Positions 52,316 through 62,970 of a stretch of 64,000 bases of DNA are shown here, one piece after another. A program made the position numbers and the translations under genes. The stretch's first letter is position 1; each line of letters starts with the position of its first letter. Below the pieces are notes generated by a model that was not told where the DNA came from, made no database searches, and saw only the letters and a program-made list of their open reading frames with translations. The DNA is from Leucoraja ocellata. Taxonomy: Eukaryota. The DNA lies in NCBI GenBank assembly GCA_036785375.1, contig JAWMAR010000038.1:3596001-3660000 (forward strand), in the 5' to 3' direction.

Positions 52316-53906
52316 CTGAAATGTAAGAATTGAAACTAGTTGTGAAATGATTCAAAGCCAAAAACAATTGCTAAAATTAGCCCTTGTAATGCTCTTTCTT
52401 TATACCCCCCTCCCAATGCAATCCATGTAATTCACTAATTTATCGATTCAATCCATCTGAATCCCTGGAATAACCCTGCAGACATCACATATTCTGTTTT
52501 CAACTGATGGCCGTTCAGGACGCAATCCTTGATCATTTACGATTCTTTTTAATTACCGTAAAGACTTGAGGAATTATTAGAACAACAAAAACATGAATGA
52601 AAAAAACACATTTGAAACATTTGATGATTCAATTGGCAAGGAGGGAAATGAAGAATGGAATATTTAAACGGAAGGAATTTAAACAAAAATAACATTGGTC
52701 TTATCATCGATTCTCGATTTTTTATCCCTTCCACTGAGCATCTGCTGGTTGCGTCTGTTTATGAATTATTGTGGAAAAACAAAAACATTTACAAAGCAGA
52801 AACTTTATTTTAATGTTCAATTTAATTCAGAACAGAAAGAAACCAAGGAAACCACAGGGGAAAAGATATGGATATTGTTTGGCAGTAAAAGTAACCTTTG
52901 AGAGATGGGAAGGAGGTTGGATAGAGATATCATCTAGAAAGCACCAGAGCTTTGAGCAGCAAGCTAAGGTAGTTAAAGGAGTTATTTTAAACCAAGATTA
53001 CCTTCAGTTCAAAGCCAACTACTTGTAGGCCGTTTGTAATTAAATGTGATATTATATGCCAAAGCCAATTGCTTCCATGATAATCAGCTTTTATAGTCAT
53101 GGAGTCAAGGAGCAGTAGAACATGGAATCAGGCCCTTTGGCCCATCTTGTCCCCGCTAACCAAGTTGGTATATTGGACTCGTCCCATTTGCCTGCATTTG
53201 GCCCATAGCCGCTAAAAACTTCTTATCCACATTTCTGTCTAAATGTCTTCTAAAAATCCTAATTGTGTCCACTTGTATTACTTCCACTGGCAGGACATTC
53301 CAGATATGGACGACCCTCTGAGTGAAAGGTTGTCCCTGAGGTCCCTCTTAAATCTTACTCCTCTCAAGCCTATGCCCTCTTGTTTTAGAATCTTCTACTC
53401 AAGGAAAAAGACTGTGAGTATATACTTTAACCATATCATGCACAATCTATACACCTCAATACAGTAACTCCTCAGCTTCCTACGTTCCACAGAAAAATGT
53501 CCCATCCTTTCCCTATGTCAAGTCAAGTTTATTCGTCACATACACATATGAGATGTGCAGTGAAATGAAACGTGACAATGCTTGCGGATTGTGCAAAAAC
53601 ACTACAAAACGGAATGGAACAGAATCACATATTACATATTTGTGGGAGGAAAAAAATATAGTTTTTTTTAAGTCTGCAAGCCCAGGGAACATCCAGGTGA
53701 ATCTCTTCTGCATCCTTTCCAAATCAATGACTTCCATCCTATAGCTGGGCAACCAGAACTGTTCCCAGTACTCCAAGCATGGTCATACATTTATGTAAAA
53801 TGTTAAGGTGCTTCACCAAATTTTTGGTTAGATTTTCCAATGAACAAATATTTGAACTTTTCCTTTTTCCCCCCACAGTATTGAAAATTTACCCTCAAAT
53901 ACTGAC

Positions 53907-54146
53907 CTGTTGGCCCACAACGCGGTTGAGTGGTTCCAGGTGGTGTCCTGGTCCCTTGGACTTCCTGCCCATTTTCGTACACACACCAGCAGTGGCCTGT
54001 GCTGCTCTGGCATTGCATCGGCCTGAAGTTCCCTTCTTCGTCACACTGAGGGATGTGGAGTCCAACAATTGACCCACGCAGGCTCACCTCTGCTTCCATC
54101 CGCTCCCTGTGCTGCTCACAGGCTGACTTTGGCTGCTCATCAGCTG
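53907..54146 (-). CDS. NID2: Nidogen-2 TY domain exon F
   Basis: [79 protein letters not shown]; 240 nt, CAGCAG tandem acceptor, donor gtcagt. Confidence 0.9.
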
Positions 54147-54488
54147 CTGATGAAACAAAACGGTTTGGAAACAATCACCAAATAAAGTTTAAATCTCTCA
54201 AAGCGATTAATGAAACTTCTTGTATATCCAGAGTGGCCAAAGTTGGTTATTATTTCTAATGCAACTTCAGAGGTGTATTAAATGAATGCAGCAAAAGACA
54301 CCAAACATTTTAGTTCATATATTGCACATATTCTGCAGAGCACACCCCTTGGAACAGGACCTGTACTCGCTGGAGTTTAGGAGGATGAGGGGGAACCTCA
54401 TTGAAACTTACCGAATAGAGAAGAGTTTGGATAGAGTGGATGTGGAGAGGCTTTTTCCACTAGTGGGAGAGTCTAGGACTAGAGTTCA

Positions 54489-55537
54489 TTAGACAAAGTG
54501 GGACCCGTTGGGTCCCAGTCACACGGGAGGCCTGATCCCCCAACGCAACCCATTCCCCAACACAATATTCCACCACTCACCCATAGCCCCTAACTGCGCA
54601 TGCACAGCTCATTTCCCCTCATCCCCGAGCACTCACTTCCCCTCTTCATCTGTGGGAGTGGAGGAGGGGAGGGAAGTGGGATGTGTGGAGGGGGGTGGGG
54701 TGGGATGGGAGGAGGGGTGTGTGTGGATGGGGAGGTGTAGGGGGGGAGAGGGTGGTGTGGGGGGAGTGTGGCAGGGGCGGTGTGGGGTGGGGGTAGGTGT
54801 GTATGTGGGTGGGAGGAGTGTGGAAGGGGGTTGGCGGGATGTGGTGGGGGGGGTGTGGGCAGGGGGGGTTGTGAGGGGAGAGGGGTGTGTGGGCAGCAGG
54901 GAGTGAGCTTGGTGAAAAGACAGGGGAAGAGCCATGGGGGGGGAGGGGGGCTTCACGGGGGAGGGGGAGGAGCCAGCGAGGGGGACCAGAAGGGGTAGAG
55001 GCTGTAATTGGCGTTGCGATGGGGACTCACTGCGGGCGCTGGTCGCTGATTGTTCTCTTCCACCGGGATCAGAGTCTCCCCTTTACATTTGGCAACATCT
55101 CCGACCTTGGACTGGGCTAGGTTTCCCACGCTGGGCTGTGCTGGGCTGCTACTTGGGGCTGGGCTGCTGCTTGGGGCAGGGCAGGGTGGAGCTGCTTGGG
55201 TCCGGTTGGGAACCTCCACCGGCCATCCTCAGCTCCAGTAAAGACGTGATGGCGCAGGAAGGGGCGGACCGTCCCGGGGAGTGCGGGAAGAGACTAATCC
55301 GTGCGGTGCTGACTGGCAGGAGAAGAGATCGATCTGCGCATGCGCGGTTTTTAAGAATTTTAACCTCACTAACTTTTACAACATTCAACGGATCGGAACA
55401 AACCTTGACGCACTCGCAGCACAGAACATTGAGTGAACTGGTGAAAAATCACAGCGCCATCACAAACCGTTTTTTGCGCAAATAGAAAGACCGCCAAACC
55501 GGAAGATAACAAGATCAGAGCTTTAGTCATGTATAGA
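54489..55537 (-). mobile_element. Non-autonomous Helitron (related family)
   Basis: 5' TCTATAC; 3' hairpin TGGGACCC-AAC-GGGTCCCA then CTTTGTCTAA. A|T insertion into a CR1 remnant. Confidence 0.8.
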
Positions 55538-56583
55538 TAGCCTCGAAATTAAAGGACATTACTTTAGGAAGGCGATGAGGAGGAATTAGACAGATGGTGG
55601 TGAATCTGTGGAACTCTTTGTCATAGGAGGCTCTGGAGGCCAAGTTAATGGATATATTTAAGGCAGAGATAGATAGATACTTGATTAGTATGGGTGTCAG
55701 AGGTTATGGGTAGAAGGCAGGAAAATGGGATTAGGAGGGAGAGATAGATCAGTGATGATTGAATGGCGGAGTAGACGATGGCCCAATGGACTTACTCTGC
55801 TCCTCTCCCATGACAATTTCACACAATATTTGTAATTGTGCTACCCAGTAATGCTACTCAACAAAGATTATATTTTCAACCCATGGTCTACATTTGATTA
55901 CAAGCATCACTGCCACTACTTTAGATTTTAAGAAGGTCTTCTCGGTACAAAGTTTTTTTATTGAGTGTTCATTGTGAAGGGGATGTGGCAACATTTCCAT
56001 CCTGGTTTGTAAGTGAAAGGAATTTGTTTGGCAATGTGATTACACAGTACATTCTGTCCTTATCTTGTGACTGGGAAGACAATTTGAATTGAAATTCAAT
56101 GATTTTAAGTCATGGGTTCGTTGCCAGAGAAAAAATATAAGAAATACAGAAAATATTCAATTAGAAACAAGAGAAATACAGAAATGGGACCATTAAAATA
56201 AGAACAACAATTTATTTTGAGGGGTGTTCATTCTTTAAGATCTAAATGTTCCATCTGACAATTCTGACATGTTTTGCTACACCATTCACTGACCACAGAT
56301 ACATTTCTGACCCACGGGCTAAAGGAATATATCATTTTGTAACGTTTGAAACTTTGAGTAAGAGGTGAATTATTTTGATGAAAAAGTGCAAATCGGTGGA
56401 ACAGCAGTGGAAAAGGGCACTCTATAGATGCAAAGAATGCAAGAGGTATTCCAAAAGAGTTTACAATAGATCGCAGATAGGATAGGGGAAACCGTCAGAA
56501 GAACCAGATCTTTTCAATGTAGATGTAGACAAGTATCTGTCGTTCAACTTTAACCAGTAGTTAGAAGCACTTTGCAAGCGTAA

Positions 56584-57176
56584 AGGCCCTGTCCCACTTA
56601 CGTGTCCTTGGCATGCAAATTATTCGACCTCGTCGTCGGGTTGAGGCACACGGGCATCGTGTGGCCGAGTGGGGCCGGTCCCACTGAGAAGTGCCGGAGG
56701 GGTATGGAGTTGTGCGCAGTATCGCGCGGCGCTCCGAAATTTTGGAGCGAACAAAATCTTTGCGCGCCACCGGCCTATCGCGTAACTGACGGCCAAAGTG
56801 GGACAGGCCTAAGACCCTGGCACGACGCAACAAAAGGGGCCAAGAAAATTGAAGATAGACACAAAATGCAGGAGTAACTCAGCGGGACCAGCAGCATCTC
56901 TGGAGAGAAGGAATGGATGACTCTTCGGATCAAGACCCTTCTTTCAGACTGAAAAAGAGTCTCGACCCGAAACGTCACCCATTGCTTCTCTCCAGAGATG
57001 CTGCCGGACCGCTGAGTTACTCCTGCATTTTGTGTCCATCTTCAAATGATGTCACGCGCTCCAGACGGCTCTGCGGACGCATGGTCGCGCGCGACCTTCG
57101 CGGGACCATCGCGGCTCAATTCGACTACAAGGTCGTGTAATTAGCATGCCAGGGACACGTAAGTGGGACAGGGGCT
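56584..57176. mobile_element. PIF/Harbinger-like MITE
   Basis: ~50-bp TIRs (AGGCCCTGTCCCACTTACGTGTCC...) with TAA/TAT flanks; nested hairpin at 56851-57043. Confidence 0.8.
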
Positions 57177-57330
57177 TATGAGATAACTGCTGCCTGAATC
57201 ATTCATTATCATGCTAATCAACTTTTACGCAGAACACAGGAGCCTCACTACAACAATAATTAAAGTCTCTTTGAACTCCTCATGTTTGCCACAACAGTGG
57301 TCATTTCATTTAATTATAATGGTAACTGAC

Positions 57331-57576
57331 CTGTCGTCCCACAGCGTGGTTGAGCTGTCCCAGGTGGTGTCCGGCTCCCTGGGACTTCCTGCCCATTTTC
57401 GTACACACACCAGCAGTGGCCTGTGCTGCCGTGGCATTGGATCGGCCTGAAGTTCCCTTCTTCGTCACACTGAGGGATGTGGTGTTCCACAAGCGGCTGA
57501 GACCCACGCAGCCTCACCTCTGCTTCTAACCGATCCCTCTGCTGCTCACAGGCAGACCTTGGCTGCTCACTGGCTA
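57331..57576 (-). CDS. NID2: Nidogen-2 TY domain exon G
   Basis: [81 protein letters not shown]; 246 nt, CAGTAG tandem acceptor, donor gtcagt. Confidence 0.9.
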
Positions 57577-57950
57577 CTGAACAAACAAACACAAACCTGC
57601 TGTTGAAATAGTCAATAATACAAATGCAGTTTTTTTCAAAGTGGACATAATCTGCTGTTCTTAAATAAGTGCAATTTGAGGTGGCTTTGTGTGGGGAAAC
57701 GGACCCATTCCACTGGAGCCTGGTTTTCCATTGAGCATCTTTGCTACAGCATTGTGCTTTGATGGTGACTTCATTGAGGTGCCCAAGATGAGGGGCATGG
57801 ATAAAGTGAACAATCACTGACTTCCCCAGCAGGGTAGAGAAATCAACAACTAGAGGGCACAGGCTTAAGGTGAGAGGGAAAAGATTTAAGAGAAATCTCA
57901 GGGGCAAATTAGGGCAGGCATGGTGGCACAGTGGAAGAGTTGCTGCCTTA

Positions 57951-60900
57951 TCAATCAATCAATCAATCAATCAACCTTTATTGTCATCTTGCAAGCAACA
58001 GTTGTTACAGTGCAAAATGAAAAGACGTTTCCCAGTGAATAGCGGAGCATCGCACATGAAATTTAAACACTTCACACATAATAACACTAAAAACAATCCA
58101 GTCCCTGATGGAACAGTATAAATAGTTAAAAGCAGGTAAAAAAAACCCAATGTTAAAATTCAATAAACCAATCATAAAAATGTCCGGGGCCGCTGATTTG
58201 AGTGGCCAGTGCCAGTATTAAAGTGTCCGTGCCAGCCGCAGAGTCAAGTCAAGTGACTGTGAGTGCAGAGTGACTGTTTAGCAGCCTCACAGCCTGTGGT
58301 AGGAAGCTGTTTAGCAGCCTCGTAGTCCGGGCTTTGATGCTACGATATCTCTTGCCTGATGGCAGGAGATCCAGGTGTGCGTGGAGGGGGTGCAGTTTGT
58401 CCTTGGCAATTCTCTGTGCTTTCTTCAGACAGCGGCTCTGGAACAGTTCTTGTACCGAGGGTAGGGAGACGCCAATAATCCTCTCTGCTCCCCTCACTAC
58501 CCTCTGCAGAGCCTTCCTGTCCGAGCAGTTGCAGGTGGAGTACCACGTATTTATGCAGTACGTGAGTACAGACTCCACCGTGCCCCTGTAGAAAGTCCTG
58601 AGGATGTTGGTGGGGAGTGAGGCCTGTTTTAGTTTCCTCAGGAAGTGCAGTCGCTGATGGGCCCGTTTGACGGTCCCAGTGGTGTTCCTGGACCAGGTGA
58701 GGCTGTCCGTTATTTGCACACCGAGGAACTTTATGCTCTCCACTCTCTCCACTGCAGTGCCACTAATGTTGAGCGGTGTATGCTTTGGCTGCGCCCTCCT
58801 GAAGTCGACAACCATCTCCTTAGTTTTGTCGACATTCAATTCTAGGTTGTTTTTGCCGCACCAGTCCACCAGTTGTTCTACTTCCTCCCTGTACATTGTT
58901 TCGTCATCTCCACTGATGAGTCCCACCACTGTAGTGTCGTCCGCGAATTTTATGATTTTATTTTCCCTGAATCTGGCAGCACAGTCATGTGTGAGCAGTG
59001 TGAACAACAGCGGGCTGAGCACACAGCCTTGAGGGGAGCCGGTGCTCAGCGTGATCGAGCCTGAAGTGTTCTTGCCAACACGGACTGACTGCGGTCTCTC
59101 TGTCAGAAAGTCCAAGACCCAGTGACAAAGGGTGGTGTTGAGGCCCAGCAGGGTTAGTTTCTCCACAAGTCTCTGTGGGATGATGGTATTAAACGCTGAG
59201 CTGAAGTCAATGTACAGGATTCTGGCGTATGTGTTCTTGTGTTCCAGATGCGCGATTACTGTGTGCAGCGTGGTAGAGATGGCATCCTCTGTAGAGCGGT
59301 TGGGGCGATAGGCAAACTGTAGGGGGTCTAACGATGAGGGGAGGCTGGCAGTAATGTGGGGTTTCACCAGGCGTTCAAAACACTTCATTATTATTGGGGT
59401 CAGGGCGACAGGGCGGTAGTCATTTAGGCAGGCAACCACTGGTTTCTTCGCTATGGGGATTATCGTGGAAGTTTTGAGGCATGTGGGGACAATGGCCTGA
59501 CTAAGGGAGATGTTAAAGATGTCTGTTAGCACATCTGCTAACTCCTCAGCACATTCCTTTAGCACACGTCCTGGGATGTTGTCGGGTCCGACTGCTTTCC
59601 ACGGGTTGACCTTAGACAGGATTCTCCGTGTGTCCATTGTGTCTATGGTCAGGACTGGCTGGTCGGTTTGTAGGCAGGGGCTGGCTCTCCTCTTGGGTGT
59701 GGTGTTTGCTGCATCAAAACGTGCAAAGAAGTTGTTTAGTTTATCTGGGAGAGAAGTGTCCGTGTCGGTTACCTGCTGCCTTGCCTTGTACCCCGTCAGT
59801 GTTTCAATTCCCTTCCACATCCTCCTGGTGTCTCCTGTGTCGCAGAGGTGTCCCTGGATTTTCCCCGCGAAGGCACGTTTCGCTGCCCTGATTCCTTTTC
59901 CCAGTGCAGTCCTGGTGGATCGGAGAGCGGCTGTGTTACCGGCTCTGTAGGCTGCATCACGAGCCCTCAGCAGCGAGCGCACCTCTGCTGTCATCCATGG
60001 CTTTTCGTTACCACGTGCAGTGAAAGTTTTCATGATGGTGACATCCTCAGTGCACTTGGCAATGTAGCTGGTTACAGTCTCTGCGTACTCCTCGATGTTG
60101 ATGAGGTCATCATAGGATGCTGCTGTCCTGAACACATCCCAGTCAGTGTGCAGGAAGCAATCCTGCAGTACTGAGGCTGCTCCCTCTGGCCAGACCCTGG
60201 TGTGTTTTCTCTCCGCTCTGACTTGTTTTTGCAGAGGTCTGTAGGCTGGTGTTAAAAACACTGAAATGTGGTCCGAGTGGCCCAGGTGAGGGCGTGGGGC
60301 TGCCTTGTAAGCCTCTGGGGTGTTGGTGTAAACCAAGTCCAAGATGTTCTCTCCCCTGGTCTCAAAATCCACATATTGCTTGAATTTTGGGAGCACAGTC
60401 TTAAGGCTGGTGTGAGTAAAATCCCCGGCCACCACAATGAAGCTATCAGGATGTTTGGTCTGGAACTCACTGACGGCGTCATGCAGGGCTCCCAGTGCTT
60501 CGTTGGCCTTAGAATTTACATTTGCACTTGGAGCAACATATACAGCCACAACAAAAACAACGGAGAATTCCCTCGGCAGATAGAAAGGCCGACATTTCAC
60601 GATGAGGAATTCTATCAGCGGAGAGCAGTGTTTCCCGGCTATCGTAGCGTTCACACACCAGTCCTTGTTTATGTACAAGCACAGGCCTCCACCTCGGCTC
60701 TTACCAGAGCTAGCTGCCTCTCTGTCCGCACGGAATGATGTCATTCCCTCCAGCTGTATTGCCGTGTCCGGGATATTGCCGTGGAGCCATGATTCAGTGA
60801 AGACAAACACACAGCAGTCTCGTATATCCTTGTATGTTGTCCTGAGAAGACGCAGTTCGTCGAGTTTGTTGTCCAGGGAGCGGACATTAGAGAGGAGAAG

Positions 60901-61322
60901 CGAGGGCACTGCAGGTCGGGTGGGGTTGGCTGTTAGCCTAGCGTGAATGCCTGCTCTTTTCCCCCGTCTCCGCCTCACGTAAGAGCCTGCTCTTTTACCC
61001 TGTTTCTGCCTCCTCTCACACCGCTTGCGTCTCCTCCTCCTCCTCTCTCTCCTCTCTCGCCTCCTCTCTCCGGTCGTAGTCATATCTGCGGCCGATATGT
61101 TCGGCCTCGCAGCCGGTAGTAGAAGTCCATAGTGGCGTATTTGGTCTAAATCGCACCAAAACGCGCCTTTGCTACTACCGTGGTTTGCCCCGATGTTTAG
61201 GAGCATGTTCCTGCAGTACATATATCTTGGACAGACTGGACAAGACACACAACACTCACTTTTAAAAGCTCCGACTATCTCCCGAGGGGCCGCTGCGACT
61301 GTGCGCGCCGCCATCTTGGATT
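57951..61322 (-). mobile_element. Full-length Rex1/Babar-clade non-LTR retrotransposon
   Basis: Single intact APE+RT ORF. 3' AATAAA followed by a (TTGA)n tail. 5' end AATCCAAGATGGCGGC. Splits a tRNA-SINE and leaves CTTA on both sides. Confidence 0.88.
58249..61314 (-). CDS. APE endonuclease-reverse transcriptase of the Rex1/Babar LINE (1021 aa as called; true start uncertain)
   Basis: APE motifs SNVRSL, FTESWL, AGDF, HSDH. RT motifs [40 protein letters not shown]. Rex1-type C-terminus [30 protein letters not shown]. Confidence 0.93.
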   Translation of the reverse strand: MAARTVAAAPREIVGAFKSECCVSCPVCPRYMYCRNMLLNIGANHGSSKGAFWCDLDQIRHYGLLLPAARPNISAADMTTTGERRRERRERRRRRRKRCERRQKQGKRAGSYVRRRRGKRAGIHARLTANPTRPAVPSLLLSNVRSLDNKLDELRLLRTTYKDIRDCCVFVFTESWLHGNIPDTAIQLEGMTSFRADREAASSGKSRGGGLCLYINKDWCVNATIAGKHCSPLIEFLIVKCRPFYLPREFSVVFVVAVYVAPSANVNSKANEALGALHDAVSEFQTKHPDSFIVVAGDFTHTSLKTVLPKFKQYVDFETRGENILDLVYTNTPEAYKAAPRPHLGHSDHISVFLTPAYRPLQKQVRAERKHTRVWPEGAASVLQDCFLHTDWDVFRTAASYDDLINIEEYAETVTSYIAKCTEDVTIMKTFTARGNEKPWMTAEVRSLLRARDAAYRAGNTAALRSTRTALGKGIRAAKRAFAGKIQGHLCDTGDTRRMWKGIETLTGYKARQQVTDTDTSLPDKLNNFFARFDAANTTPKRRASPCLQTDQPVLTIDTMDTRRILSKVNPWKAVGPDNIPGRVLKECAEELADVLTDIFNISLSQAIVPTCLKTSTIIPIAKKPVVACLNDYRPVALTPIIMKCFERLVKPHITASLPSSLDPLQFAYRPNRSTEDAISTTLHTVIAHLEHKNTYARILYIDFSSAFNTIIPQRLVEKLTLLGLNTTLCHWVLDFLTERPQSVRVGKNTSGSITLSTGSPQGCVLSPLLFTLLTHDCAARFRENKIIKFADDTTVVGLISGDDETMYREEVEQLVDWCGKNNLELNVDKTKEMVVDFRRAQPKHTPLNISGTAVERVESIKFLGVQITDSLTWSRNTTGTVKRAHQRLHFLRKLKQASLPTNILRTFYRGTVESVLTYCINTWYSTCNCSDRKALQRVVRGAERIIGVSLPSVQELFQSRCLKKAQRIAKDKLHPLHAHLDLLPSGKRYRSIKARTTRLLNSFLPQAVRLLNSHSALTVT

Positions 61323-61479
61323 CTTACTGCTAGAGACCCGGGTTCTATCCTGACTATGGGTACATACTGTACGGAGTTTGTATGTTCTCCACGAGACCTG
61401 CCTGGGCTTTCTCCGGGACCTCCGGTTTCCTCTCATACTCCAAAGACATATAGTTTTCCAGATTGATTGGCTTGACTGC

Positions 61480-62335
61480 CAAAAGATTCCGCTAGCGTTA
61501 CAGAGGATTGGGCCGTGGACACGGAGAGGAGGTCGGCTAGAGAGGAGAGGGGAGAGAAGGAGGGAGGAGGTGAGAAGAGGGCGGGGGGGGGGGGGGGGGG
61601 GCCGAGTGAGTGGCCTGCGAACAGCAGAGAGAGACAGCACCGGCTTGACTCTTTGGAAAACGGCAGCTGAGTGAGCGGGTGGGCGGGGGACGCCTTCATA
61701 AGCTGCACGGTCAGCGCAGACAAGCTTCAGCGCGTGAGTGCCTCTGACCCTGTGATTGAGCAGAACAAAGATCCTATAGCGGAGCGCAGTGTTGCTGCAG
61801 AACTTTCTCGATCCTTCTGCGCCTTTTGTAGAATGGGGGGGGGGGGGGGGGGGGGGGGGAGGGCTAACGTACCTCGTTGAAAACTGCGCATGCGCGTTGA
61901 CAGCAGCTGCATTAATCCAGAGCGGTGGGGGGGGGGGGGGGGGGCACGAGGAAAGGCATTGTGAGGTCAGCAGCTGGGCAACCTTAATATTTTTTTTAAA
62001 TGTCAGTTTGGTGATAAATTTTAGTAAATATTGGAATTATGGACCAAATTTATAGAGGATTGGATTTTTGAAATGTAAAAATGTCACTGTTATTGTAACG
62101 TCAGCACCTGGGCAGCGGTCAGATTTTTAAAAAAAGGTCAGATTAGTCAACAATTTTAATAAAATAGTCAGGAAAATGTACCAAATGCACAGAGGAGTGG
62201 ATTTCTAAAATCACAAGGAAAATTTCTACTCAAATATGTAAATATTTCCCCGTTTCGGCATTGGTTTATGAGGAGATATGTTTCACAGGCAAAATCACAC
62301 ACGCACGCACAGAGTTTTAAAAGTATATAGATAGA
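61480..62335 (-). mobile_element. 3'-truncated Helitron-like element
   Basis: Right end cacagagttttaaaagtatataga matches the 5' end of the 48220-48636 Helitron; hairpin/CTAG end not found. Confidence 0.55.
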
Positions 62336-62589
62336 GATGATAGATTTGGACAGAAGTATGGATACAATGGGTTTAGAGAGCTATGGGCCAAATGCAGGAA
62401 AATGCCGATCAGTCCACAAATTGATCAGTATGGACAAGGTAGTTGAACTCTCTCGTTTTCACCCAGCCCACAGCTAACAATGGACCGCTTCCTTGACCAT
62501 CGTTACTTTTTTGCATATCTTTCACTTCTTTGTTCTATATCTCTCTCTATAGTGCCGTCTATATCTCTCGTTTCTCTTTCCACTCTCTG

Positions 62590-62970
62590 GATGAAAACGT
62601 TTTGTTCTCATCTCAGTTTTAAACGGCCTCCCCTTTATTCATAGACTGTGGCCCCTGGTTCTGGACTCCCCCATCATTGGGAATATTTTTCCTGCATCTA
62701 GCTTGTCCAGTCCTTCTATAATTTAATACCTCTATAAGATTCCCTCTCATCCTTCTAAATTCCAGTGAACACAAGCCCACTCTTCCCAATCTTTCCTCAT
62801 ATGACAGTCCTACCATCCTGGGGATTAACCTTGTGAACGTACGCTGCACTGCCTTAATAGAAAGGATGTCCTTCCTCAAATTAGGAGACTAAAATTGCAC
62901 ACAATACTCCAGATCAGGTCCCACAAGGGTCCTGTAAAACAGCAGAAGGACCTCTTTACTCCTATACTCT
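62590..62970 (-). mobile_element. CR1 fragment
   Basis: FTRLIPRMVGLSYEERLGRVGLCSLEFRRMRG. Confidence 0.82.

Noticed and set aside
54633-54998. Pro-rich and Gly-rich ORFs
   Set aside because: Artefacts of a G-rich low-complexity tract inside a Helitron
55010-55040. GVAMGTHCG peptide resembling the Penelope RT motif GVAMGT inside a Helitron
   Set aside because: Only six residues match and the flanks show no RT similarity; probably chance
45180-57576. TY exons as thyroglobulin or a separate thyropin gene
   Set aside because: Same strand and compatible phase with NID2 exon A and the G3 exons; GNG2-RTRAF-NID2 synteny; no separate start or stop exon seen
58334-60946. Multiple plus-strand ORFs over the LINE
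   Set aside because: Antisense shadows of the long GC-rich RT ORF
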